From assembly GCA_017535105.1 (NCBI GenBank), contig JAFXUI010000001.1, positions 174,612 to 238,611 of the forward strand: a stretch of 64,000 nucleotides of DNA, given 5' to 3'. This DNA comes from Alphaproteobacteria bacterium. GTDB lineage: Bacteria > Pseudomonadota > Alphaproteobacteria > Rs-D84. This document shows positions 53,610 through 61,891 of this stretch, in pieces. How positions within the stretch are numbered: position 1 is the first letter of the stretch; the number at the start of each line of letters is the position of its first letter. Position numbers and translations under genes: made by a program. The notes beneath the pieces are model-generated. The model was not told where the DNA came from. It did no database searches and saw nothing but the letters and a program-made list of their open reading frames with translations.

Positions 53610-55163
53610 ATGGAAAGGTATACCAGATTTTGTTGGTTTTTGGGTATATTGGTGTGTTTGCCATGCTTTGCCACGACAGACATTGTTGCCGTACAAAAGT
53701 CGGGCGATCGGTATATGACACTGGATACCATAATCGAGCCCGGTGGGTCTTTTGTGGACGGTACAATTTACATACAAAACTCACTGAATATCGTAAATAA
53801 TGGTCAAATTACAAGTGCCTTAAACGTATGTAATAATTGTAATGTGTATATCGAAAATACCGGCATTTATAATGCGGCCGCAACACTTGGTACAAACGCG
53901 ACCATTACCCAGGTTATAAAGAATGCGGCGGATATAACGACCCTTACAAATATCGGGGCGGGTAATTATGGAGTCTTGGTTCAAGATACAGCGACCACGT
54001 TAAATTGGAACACGATTAAAAATACAACAATCGGTGCCAATAAATTCGAATTTGATAACGCAAAACTGGAAATGGGTTTGATTGAGAGTATCAGTAATGT
54101 TCGTATAACTAATAATCTGTTTATACATACGCACGATGTTATAAATACAGATACATTATTATTTGCCAATGTTTCGGGTGATGGGGTTGTTTATGTTGAT
54201 TCTGATAATCTTGATATTATGTATGAACTTGAAACATACAAGGTTACAAACAGTATTTTTGTGCGGACAGTTCGTTCGGGTGACTATGGCCGAATATTAA
54301 ATAATGGGGCGGGGCGTTTCTTGAATCAATTGCGAATTGATTTGCCCGAAGATAAATTGTTAAACAAAATGGACAAAGCCAAAACAATGTCCGAATTGAA
54401 ACATATTATGTCGCGAAGTGTACGATTAAATCCAATAAAACTTTTGCAACCAATTAAAACACTGTATGCGCATAAAATGCTGGAAACAATGCACATAGAC
54501 GATGATACGGTTTTTGGTTTTATGCCGTTTGGTGTGTTTTCTGATGATATTATTTTAAATGGCGCGGGGCCGCGCATAAGTACAAAAATATCAGACGATT
54601 TACATTTAACAATATCGGGTTATTTTGCCGATTTGGAATATTCAGATGACATAAATGAATACACGGGTAGTTCATATGGAATCGGCCTGGATATCGTTGA
54701 TAATTTATCATCTGATAATTTTGTTCGTATATACGGCGATGTTGGTTTTTCGCATTTTAATGCGGGACCAATATTTAATGGGCGTAAAACAAAAAAGAAT
54801 CCAGACGGTTTTTCGGGGTATATGGCGGGTGAATTTGGGCACAAGTTTGATGTTGATGAATATTATGTCACGCCATTTATTATGGTGGGGTCTGAATATA
54901 CAGAAGTGTTAAATGATAATGTTTTGGACACGTATGTTGGTGCGGGCGCAAATGCAGGCTTTGATTTGGAAATTGACGGGTTGCGGTATGATTATATGGC
55001 GCGCAGTATTGTACGTTCAGACGGCGGGTTCGGCGCATCGGTAAATATCTCCGTATGGTCGGGTTTAGACGCAGCGGGGGCGGATTTTGGGGTTGGTGTG
55101 TTTTATGACAATGTGTCGGGGCCATCGTACCGCGCGTCAATAAACGGAAAGTTCGGTTTTTAA
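53610..55163 (+). CDS. autotransporter-like outer-membrane protein
   Basis: 517 aa. Signal peptide, N/T/I-rich repetitive N-terminal half (NSLNIVNNGQITSALNVCNNCNVYIENTGIYNAAATLGTNATITQV), C-terminal half with alternating beta pattern ending SYRASINGKFGF. Confidence 0.45.
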   Translation: MERYTRFCWFLGILVCLPCFATTDIVAVQKSGDRYMTLDTIIEPGGSFVDGTIYIQNSLNIVNNGQITSALNVCNNCNVYIENTGIYNAAATLGTNATITQVIKNAADITTLTNIGAGNYGVLVQDTATTLNWNTIKNTTIGANKFEFDNAKLEMGLIESISNVRITNNLFIHTHDVINTDTLLFANVSGDGVVYVDSDNLDIMYELETYKVTNSIFVRTVRSGDYGRILNNGAGRFLNQLRIDLPEDKLLNKMDKAKTMSELKHIMSRSVRLNPIKLLQPIKTLYAHKMLETMHIDDDTVFGFMPFGVFSDDIILNGAGPRISTKISDDLHLTISGYFADLEYSDDINEYTGSSYGIGLDIVDNLSSDNFVRIYGDVGFSHFNAGPIFNGRKTKKNPDGFSGYMAGEFGHKFDVDEYYVTPFIMVGSEYTEVLNDNVLDTYVGAGANAGFDLEIDGLRYDYMARSIVRSDGGFGASVNISVWSGLDAAGADFGVGVFYDNVSGPSYRASINGKFGF

Positions 55164-56461
55164 TCGACAATTTTTCCGCGCAGTGATGCCTTGTTTGCGG
55201 CGGTAATCTTTATATCGCATATTTGTTTGGGGTCACCGTCTGGGCGCGCCACGATACACTGTTGCATATATGGAGTGCGATAAACAAGGTGATGACCAGT
55301 TTTATCGGGACCCTCACACAGACAGGTCAATGTTTTATCAATACACGATTCATTGAAAGCGCGTTGAATTTCATTTAATTCAGAATCAAGAATCGCCAAT
55401 CGTTTTGACTTTATTGTTTCTGGAATCTGGTCGGGCATAATTGCCGCGGCGGTATGGGGGCGGGGCGAATATTTGAACGAAAATGAATTTATGTATTTAA
55501 CCTGATGCGCTATATCCAATGTTTTCTGAAAATCATTATCTGATTCACCAGGGAACCCAACAATAAAGTCCGAAGATATTTGAATGTCTGGTCGCGCCAA
55601 TTTCAATTTATGAACAATGTTCATATATTGATCCAAATCGTATGGACGATTCATGCGCTTCAAGACATCGGGCGAACCGCTTTGAATTGGCATATTAAGA
55701 AATGGTAATAATTTTGGTTCAACCGCGAACATATTTATTAAATCATCGGTCATTTCGGTCGGATAACTGGACGTGAAACGGATACGTTTAATGCTGGCAA
55801 TTTTTGCCGCCGCTTTAATTAAATCAGACAAACGGTATGTCGTTCCGTTTTCATCGGTATATTTATATCCATTGACGTTTTGTCCCAAAAAGCAGATTTC
55901 AACCGCGCCTGTATTTGCAGCCAATTCGACATCGCGAACACAATCGGCATATGCGCGCGATATTTCACGGCCACGGGTATATGGCACAATACAGTATGTA
56001 CAGCAATGGTTACAACCTTCTTGAATTGGGACGTATGTGACAAGTGGTGATTTTTCCATTTGTGGCATTTCATCGAATTTTTCCAAACCAGATAATTCAA
56101 TATTAAATAAACGCATGTCTGGGTCATTCAATATCTCGGGCAATTTATGATAACTCTGTGGACCCAAAACAAAGTTCAAATCTGGTACGCGTTTAAATGC
56201 ATCTGCGCCTGATTCGCGTGCAACACAGCCAACAATGCCCATTATTGCGTCTGGCTTTTTTACAAGACGTATACGGCCCAATGCAGAATATACTTTATCG
56301 GTTGCCTTGGCACGAACAGCACATGTGTTCAATATGATAATATCGGCATCGGCAACATCGTCTGTTTTGACCATACCGCGCGCGTCCAACATTGCCGCAA
56401 TGCGCCAGCCGTCATAGACGTTCATTTGACAACCAAAAGTTTGGATAAAGTATTTTTTCAT
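55160..56461 (-). CDS. miaB: tRNA-2-methylthio-N6-dimethylallyladenosine synthase MiaB
   Basis: 433 aa. UPF0004 N-terminus FGCQMNVYD, radical-SAM GCNHCCTYCIVPYTRGRE, C-terminal TRAM-like region. Confidence 0.9.
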   Translation of the reverse strand: MKKYFIQTFGCQMNVYDGWRIAAMLDARGMVKTDDVADADIIILNTCAVRAKATDKVYSALGRIRLVKKPDAIMGIVGCVARESGADAFKRVPDLNFVLGPQSYHKLPEILNDPDMRLFNIELSGLEKFDEMPQMEKSPLVTYVPIQEGCNHCCTYCIVPYTRGREISRAYADCVRDVELAANTGAVEICFLGQNVNGYKYTDENGTTYRLSDLIKAAAKIASIKRIRFTSSYPTEMTDDLINMFAVEPKLLPFLNMPIQSGSPDVLKRMNRPYDLDQYMNIVHKLKLARPDIQISSDFIVGFPGESDNDFQKTLDIAHQVKYINSFSFKYSPRPHTAAAIMPDQIPETIKSKRLAILDSELNEIQRAFNESCIDKTLTCLCEGPDKTGHHLVYRTPYMQQCIVARPDGDPKQICDIKITAANKASLRGKIVD

Positions 56462-56464
56462 ATT

Positions 56465-56878
56465 TTATTTACGCTTTGTTTTTATTATGCAATATTTTTT
56501 CTTTAACTGATTAAATTGTTGGTTTGCATATCTTGTCTTAAGATTTTTTTCGTCGTGTTTACTTACAAACGGATTACGATAATTTGACATCGGTTTTTCA
56601 ATGTGTTGCGAAATGTTTATTTCTTGATGATTGCTGCACAGTTGTTCAAGCAACTTTGCGTTTAAATCTGGTTGTTCGGGTGGAAAAATAATTTCCGGCT
56701 TAATCGCTGTATGTGCATCAATACGGGCGATTGAGAACATTCCAGCGACAAGCAGAAGCACATTTTTCTTGTGTTTTTTATCGCGCATTTTTTCAACCGC
56801 GGACGCTAATGCACGTTCTTTGTCGTCCATGGTTAAATCAATTTCTGGAATATCAAGATGCAAATCTTTGTCCGGCAT
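56465..56878 (-). CDS. hypothetical protein (137 aa, one possible TM segment)
   Basis: Packed 3 nt upstream of miaB and 1 nt downstream of the 57-aa ORF. KNVLLLVAGMFSIARI is a hydrophobic stretch. No family recognised. Confidence 0.45.
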   Translation of the reverse strand: MPDKDLHLDIPEIDLTMDDKERALASAVEKMRDKKHKKNVLLLVAGMFSIARIDAHTAIKPEIIFPPEQPDLNAKLLEQLCSNHQEINISQHIEKPMSNYRNPFVSKHDEKNLKTRYANQQFNQLKKKYCIIKTKRK

Positions 56879-56879
56879 T

Positions 56880-57053
56880 TTATTTGTGTCTTGTGCGATG
56901 ACATATTGCGGTCATAGATTGACCCTTAGTGTTTTCATATTGTTTTGATAATTTTTTTGCCACAGCGCGTTCAGATGCTTTGTCTGAAACTTCCAGCATT
57001 CCGTATCGAACACCTGTGATACCATCATCTTGTACAATTGTTAAAACTCTCAT
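56880..57053 (-). CDS. small hypothetical protein (57 aa; not in supplied track)
   Basis: My translation: MRVLTIVQDDGITGVRYGMLEVSDKASERAVAKKLSKQYENTKGQSMTAICHRTRHK. AAGGA SD lies 8 nt upstream of the ATG (57051-57053). It exactly fills the gap between neighbouring ORFs. Confidence 0.4.
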   Translation of the reverse strand: MRVLTIVQDDGITGVRYGMLEVSDKASERAVAKKLSKQYENTKGQSMTAICHRTRHK

Positions 57054-57063
57054 TTAATTATCC

Positions 57064-57252
57064 TTACTTATGTTGTGTACGTTTAAATAATTTTTGTCTT
57101 GTTTGTACCGCGTTGCGATATTGGGCGCAAATGCCTTTGGAATCAACCCCTGTTTGACCCGCCATTATGTCGTCCATTTGTTTTTTCATTTTTTTGACGG
57201 CTTCCAGGTCTTTGTTGGTGTGTTCTATAATAACATCTATAAGACGTGTCAT
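57064..57252 (-). CDS. small hypothetical protein (62 aa)
   Basis: MTRLIDVIIEHTNKDLEAVKKMKKQMDDIMAGQ... starts 4 nt after the gatB stop. Same strand and tight spacing. No family recognised. Confidence 0.4.
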   Translation of the reverse strand: MTRLIDVIIEHTNKDLEAVKKMKKQMDDIMAGQTGVDSKGICAQYRNAVQTRQKLFKRTQHK

Positions 57253-57256
57253 CGTA

Positions 57257-58777
57257 TTACCCCAACTTTTGTTTCAGCATTTCGTTCACAACCGCCGGAT
57301 TGGCTTGACCCTTGGTCGCCTTCATCACATTACCAACAAAGAAGCCAAGCAGACCAACCTTGCCACCCTTGTACTGTTCAACTTGGGCTGGGTTGTTTTT
57401 AATTACTTCATCAACGGCTGCCTCAATCGCAGACGTGTCGGTAATTTGCTTCATGCCAAACTTGTCGGCAATTGTGTGCGGTGTGCCATCTTCGCCGTCC
57501 AACATTTTGATAAAGATTTCTTTGGCCTGTTTACCGTTGATTTCATTTGCCGCAATCATATCAACCAATTCAGATAAATCGGTTGGTGTGATAATACGCA
57601 TTTCATCAACGATGCCTGATTTCTTGTTTTCGATATCATAGTTTTCGGGGTGTGCAAACAGTTCAGAAATCATCCAGTTCGCAATCGGTTTTGCGCGTTC
57701 TGGTTTGCCGCCAACCGCCGCATCGTACCAATGAGAGATATCAACAGTTTCGGTAAGGCGCGCAGCATCATATTCCGATAAACCATATTGTTCGATATAG
57801 CGGGCGCGTGTTGCCGATGGTAATTCCGGCATAGTTTTGCGAATACGTTCGATTTGTTCGTCTGTAATAATCAACGGCAACAAATCGGGATCTGGGAAAT
57901 AACGATAGTCCAACGCATCTTCCTTAGAACGCATAACGGTTGTTATGCCATCGTCTGGGTGATAGCGCATTGTATCTTGGGAAACCTGACCACCGTTTTC
58001 ATACACTTCGATTTGACGGCGTGCTTCATATTCTATTGCGGCTTTGATAAACTTAAACGAAACCATATTTTTCGTTTCGGTACGTGTACGGAAAGTCTTT
58101 TCACCAACGCGACGAACCGATACATTTACGTCAGCACGCATGGAACCTTCTTCCATATTTGCCTTAGACACACCCAGTGCACGTGCGATTTCACGAATTT
58201 CGCGCAGATATCTTTCTGCTTCGTCTGGTGACGTGATATATGAATTGTTTTCTGGGTTTTTCGTATCCAAGAACGTGACAATTTCCAACAACGAAACACC
58301 AGTACGGTTATAGTCCGCAAAAGATTTTGTTGGGTGAACATCGTGTTTCAACTTACCGGCATCTTGTTCCAAGTGTGCGCGTTCAATGAAAATCTTTTTT
58401 GGATTTCCGTCATCGCCCATAATTTCAACATAGCCACGACCAACAACGGGTGCGACTTCTGGTGGCTGTGAAATCTGGTATCCCTGGGGCAGGTCAGGGT
58501 AAAAATATTGTTTACGGGCAAAAGAACTGCGGTGCGATATGTCGGCGTGTATCCCCAGGCCGAATTTAATTGCCTGTTCAACACAGTATTCGTTTAATAC
58601 CGGCAACATACCCGGCATTGCCGCATCAACCATTGAAACCTGGGTGTTTGGGGCAATGGTCGGATTATAGTCCGCCGATGCGCCACTGAATAGTTTGGAA
58701 TTGGATAAAACCTCTATATGAGTTTCCAATCCGATAACCAATTCCCAATCACCTGTTTTGCCTTTTATTGTAAACAT
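57257..58777 (-). CDS. gatB: Asp/Glu-tRNA(Asn/Gln) amidotransferase subunit B
   Basis: Trimmed to MFTIKGKTGDWELVIGLETHIEV (506 aa). The track's 5' extension (to 58855) runs antisense through tRNA-Phe. C-terminal GatB/YqeY domain is present. Confidence 0.95.
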   Translation of the reverse strand: MFTIKGKTGDWELVIGLETHIEVLSNSKLFSGASADYNPTIAPNTQVSMVDAAMPGMLPVLNEYCVEQAIKFGLGIHADISHRSSFARKQYFYPDLPQGYQISQPPEVAPVVGRGYVEIMGDDGNPKKIFIERAHLEQDAGKLKHDVHPTKSFADYNRTGVSLLEIVTFLDTKNPENNSYITSPDEAERYLREIREIARALGVSKANMEEGSMRADVNVSVRRVGEKTFRTRTETKNMVSFKFIKAAIEYEARRQIEVYENGGQVSQDTMRYHPDDGITTVMRSKEDALDYRYFPDPDLLPLIITDEQIERIRKTMPELPSATRARYIEQYGLSEYDAARLTETVDISHWYDAAVGGKPERAKPIANWMISELFAHPENYDIENKKSGIVDEMRIITPTDLSELVDMIAANEINGKQAKEIFIKMLDGEDGTPHTIADKFGMKQITDTSAIEAAVDEVIKNNPAQVEQYKGGKVGLLGFFVGNVMKATKGQANPAVVNEMLKQKLG

Positions 58778-58789
58778 TTTTATTTTTCC

Positions 58790-58818
58790 TTGCTTTTTCG
58801 TTTTTCGTATCTTATTAT
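58790..58818 (+). promoter_or_regulatory. sigma70-type promoter of tRNA-Phe
   Basis: TTGCTT (58790-58795), 17 nt, TATTAT (58813-58818). The tRNA 5' end is 11 nt downstream. Confidence 0.5.
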
Positions 58819-58828
58819 GGCGTCCGTT

Positions 58829-58904
58829 GGCTAGGTAGCTCAGTTGGTAGAGCAAGGGACTGAAAATCCCTGTGTCAGCGGTTCGATTCCGTTCCTAGCC
58901 ACCA
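58829..58904 (+). tRNA. tRNA-Phe (anticodon GAA)
   Basis: 76 nt: acceptor GGCTAGG/CCTAGCC, D arm GCTC-AGTTGGTA-GAGC, anticodon arm AGGGA-CTGAAAA-TCCCT, T arm AGCGG-TTCGATT-CCGTT (one G-U pair), encoded CCA, followed by a T-run. Confidence 0.95.
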
Positions 58905-58917
58905 TTTTTTTTTACCC

Positions 58918-60384
58918 TTATTTTCCCATTATCTTGGTTGGACGATTATCAACGCCGGCGAACTGTTCGATGTGTTTTGCCAATTGTAACACGCGCAAAT
59001 CATCGAAACGTTTACCCATGACTTGTAATCCCAATGGCAAACCGTTTTGTGCAATTCCCGCGGGGACACTGCACGCCGGTATGCCCGCCAGGTTCATCGC
59101 CACCGTAAACATATCCAACGCGTAATATTCCAGTGGTGTCAGGTCGGAATCTAATGGCATTGCCGTACCCGAACTTGTTGGGCAAATAATCAAATCGCAT
59201 TGTTCAAATGCGGCATTGAAACTGTCTGCTATCATACGGCGAACACGTGCGGCCTGCATAAAGTAAACTTCATACGATTCGCTGGACAACACGGCGGTAC
59301 CGATAATCATACGGCGTTGGACTTCATCACCAAAGCCAGCGGCACGTGTCTTTTTATATGTGTCAATTAAATCGGAACCCTCTACACGCAGGCCATATCT
59401 CATACCATCGTAACGGGCAAGGTTCGATGAAGCCTCAGCCGGTGCGATAATGTAATATGCCGCCAACGCGTCCAAAATGTTTGGAATTGAAACCTCAACA
59501 ATTTCGGCGCCCAATGATTTAAGGTCGGCGATACGGTCGTTAAATAACTTCTGCATATCATCAGAAATCTTAACATTATTCAATTCGCGAATAACACCAA
59601 TGCGTAATTTTTTACCGTCACCCAAAATTGATTCAAGTGGTGTATGTGCATTAAATCCGGCACTTTCGCTTGTTGAATCTTTATCGTCGTGCCCCGCCAT
59701 TGCCGACAACATTAATGCCGCATCATCAACCGTACGTGCAATTGGACCGGGGGTGTCCAAACTTGACGCAAAGGCAACACAGCCCCAACGTGAGCAAAGA
59801 CCATAGGTTGGTTTCATTCCAACCAAGCCAGTGATTGCGGACGGAAAACGAATCGAACCACCAGTATCGGTACCCGTCGCCGCCATACATAAACCACCTG
59901 CCACCGCAGACGATGAACCACCCGATGAACCACCGGCGGTCAGTTTGCGTTCCATTTGCCATGGGTTGACAGGCGCACCAAAGTATGATGTCTTGCTGAA
60001 CGTGCCCATTGCAAATTCGTCCAGGTTTGTTTTACCCAACAACACAGTACCCGCATCAATCAATTTTTGAGACACAGTTGATTCATATTCTGGAACAAAA
60101 TTTTCAAGCATATGCGATGCCGCAGTCGTGCGAATACCACGTGTCGCGAACAAATCTTTCATACCGATTGGAATGCCCTCCAACGCGCGCGCAGTGCCAT
60201 CGGCATAATGTTTATCCGCAAGTTCAGCGTCAGCCAAAGCGCGTTCTGGTGTGCGCGTGATATAGCAATTTAATTCATCGCCATATTTTTCAATACGGTC
60301 TAAATAAGCACGCGTCAATTCGGTCGCGCTTAATTCGCCGCTTTTCAATTTTTCCAATGCTTCACATATTGTTAAATCAATCAT
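58918..60384 (-). CDS. gatA: Asp/Glu-tRNA(Asn/Gln) amidotransferase subunit A
   Basis: 488 aa. Amidase signature GGSSGGSSSAVAGGLCMAATGTDTGGSIRFPSA. Confidence 0.95.
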   Translation of the reverse strand: MIDLTICEALEKLKSGELSATELTRAYLDRIEKYGDELNCYITRTPERALADAELADKHYADGTARALEGIPIGMKDLFATRGIRTTAASHMLENFVPEYESTVSQKLIDAGTVLLGKTNLDEFAMGTFSKTSYFGAPVNPWQMERKLTAGGSSGGSSSAVAGGLCMAATGTDTGGSIRFPSAITGLVGMKPTYGLCSRWGCVAFASSLDTPGPIARTVDDAALMLSAMAGHDDKDSTSESAGFNAHTPLESILGDGKKLRIGVIRELNNVKISDDMQKLFNDRIADLKSLGAEIVEVSIPNILDALAAYYIIAPAEASSNLARYDGMRYGLRVEGSDLIDTYKKTRAAGFGDEVQRRMIIGTAVLSSESYEVYFMQAARVRRMIADSFNAAFEQCDLIICPTSSGTAMPLDSDLTPLEYYALDMFTVAMNLAGIPACSVPAGIAQNGLPLGLQVMGKRFDDLRVLQLAKHIEQFAGVDNRPTKIMGK

Positions 60385-60401
60385 TTTTTGTTCCTGGTTT
60401 T

Positions 60402-61013
60402 TTATCGTGTTGTTTGTGTTATATCAGATGTATAAAACTTTTTAGCAAAATTTTCATAATGACGCAACTTGTCTGCACCAGCTTTGCCCCATGTTTTATA
60501 TTTTTCTATCATTTTGGTACAGCAATCATACGTACTGGCGTTCAACAACATTACACCATACTTTTTATACAAGAAATAGTGCAAGTTATATTCGTGATTT
60601 TTGTCTTCTAAGAAAACCAGATTTTCAATTTGGCTACGTTCAATATCACTTTCTGCAAGGAATGCGTTAATGCTGCCTTGGTACCGCATTTTTTCAAGTT
60701 TTTTAATAGCAGTACTTGCGTGTAATGGTTTTCCGCGTTGTGCAATATTGTTCGCAATTAAAAATGTAGCAACTTCTTCCGAGCTTAAACGCTGCAGAGT
60801 TGGTTTAATCGAATTGTATATGTTAATAAATTCTTGTGTGGTGCGCCCCGCCATTTGGGTTAATGGATCTGCGGTTTTACAAAACTGTTGACGCAAAAGG
60901 TCTATACGCTTTGTGCGTTTTTCTTTATATGTTCTTGTGATATAAATTGGACCCGATTGTACCTGTTCGGATTTATATTTCATCGAATCGTGAAACTTCT
61001 TCTTGTGTGCCAT
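60402..61013 (-). CDS. hypothetical protein with a recombinase-domain-like segment
   Basis: 203 aa inserted between gatC and gatA. SSEEVATFLIANNIAQRGKPLHASTAIKKLEKMRYQG resembles the ia..Ln..gi...rGk.W....v..iL.n..Y.G segment of large serine recombinases. No catalytic resolvase domain was seen. Confidence 0.4.
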   Translation of the reverse strand: MAHKKKFHDSMKYKSEQVQSGPIYITRTYKEKRTKRIDLLRQQFCKTADPLTQMAGRTTQEFINIYNSIKPTLQRLSSEEVATFLIANNIAQRGKPLHASTAIKKLEKMRYQGSINAFLAESDIERSQIENLVFLEDKNHEYNLHYFLYKKYGVMLLNASTYDCCTKMIEKYKTWGKAGADKLRHYENFAKKFYTSDITQTTR

Positions 61014-61019
61014 AATAAT

Positions 61020-61436
61020 CTACCGTTGTTTCGCTTGTTCTTTGTTATACTTATCTGCAAAGAATTTTTTACCGATGTTTTCAATTACAAAGGTGTCTGT
61101 GCATTTGCCATTTTTAATTTTGCGCGCACAGTTTTTTGCCGTACATATACTGGTTCTTTTCAAGATTGGACAAATGTTAAGTCGGCCATCATATCTGTTG
61201 ATATGTTGGTTATCTGGGGCAGTATTGGATACAAATATGGTTGTATCAATACACATATTTGCAAACATACGGCGCACACAAGAATTTTCAGGTATTTTTC
61301 CATTGCATGATAACGTCGCCAGATAATCTTTTATCTTGGCTTCGGTCATTGGTTCGGACTTGATGTTATAAGAACAGTCGGTATAAATATCACCGATTCT
61401 GCTAATCATTATATTTACATCATACTTTCTGGACAT
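61020..61436 (-). CDS. Cys-rich small protein, paralog 1 of 3 (138 aa)
   Basis: MSRKYDV... ends SICTAKNCARKIKNGKCTDTFVIENIGKKFFADKYNKEQAKQR. 8 Cys. The 3' end shares a 31-nt identical run with paralog 2. Confidence 0.55.
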   Translation of the reverse strand: MSRKYDVNIMISRIGDIYTDCSYNIKSEPMTEAKIKDYLATLSCNGKIPENSCVRRMFANMCIDTTIFVSNTAPDNQHINRYDGRLNICPILKRTSICTAKNCARKIKNGKCTDTFVIENIGKKFFADKYNKEQAKQR

Positions 61437-61447
61437 ATAAAATCTCT

Positions 61448-61879
61448 TTATTTCTGCTTGTCTTTATACTTATCTGCAAAGAATTTTTTACCGATATTTT
61501 CAATCACAAACGCATCAGTGCATTTGCCATTTCTGATATTATTAAAGCAATCGCGATCGTGGCATTTGCTTGTGTACATGCCTGCGCTGGCATGATTAGT
61601 CATATAAAGATTCAAGCAACCCTTGCTTTCTTCTTGTGGGGCGTCTGGACACGTGTACATGCTTGATAAATACACACTTGATGATTCTTTATTCTCGAAA
61701 TGTGCAGTTAAATGTTTCGGACAAGAATAAAACGATATTTTTTTCTGGGCGGCCAGTTCCTGTAAATATTGTTTAACTTGTTGTTCGGTCAATGAACCAC
61801 AATGCAACGGTTCAACACCCCCATTATGTGCACCAGCACAAGCAGAGTAGTTTAAAATAACATCGTACTTTTTTTCCAT
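61448..61879 (-). CDS. Cys-rich small protein, paralog 2 of 3 (143 aa)
   Basis: MEKKYDV... ends SKCHDRDCFNNIRNGKCTDAFVIENIGKKFFADKYKDKQK. 8 Cys. AAGGGA SD. Confidence 0.55.
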   Translation of the reverse strand: MEKKYDVILNYSACAGAHNGGVEPLHCGSLTEQQVKQYLQELAAQKKISFYSCPKHLTAHFENKESSSVYLSSMYTCPDAPQEESKGCLNLYMTNHASAGMYTSKCHDRDCFNNIRNGKCTDAFVIENIGKKFFADKYKDKQK

Positions 61880-61891
61880 TTTATATTCCCT

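Noticed and set aside
58778-58855. 5' extension of gatB (track 57257..58855, MLYQLSYLANG...)
   Set aside because: The extension is the reverse complement of tRNA-Phe. GatB homology begins at MFTIKGKTGDWELVIGLETH (ATG 58777).
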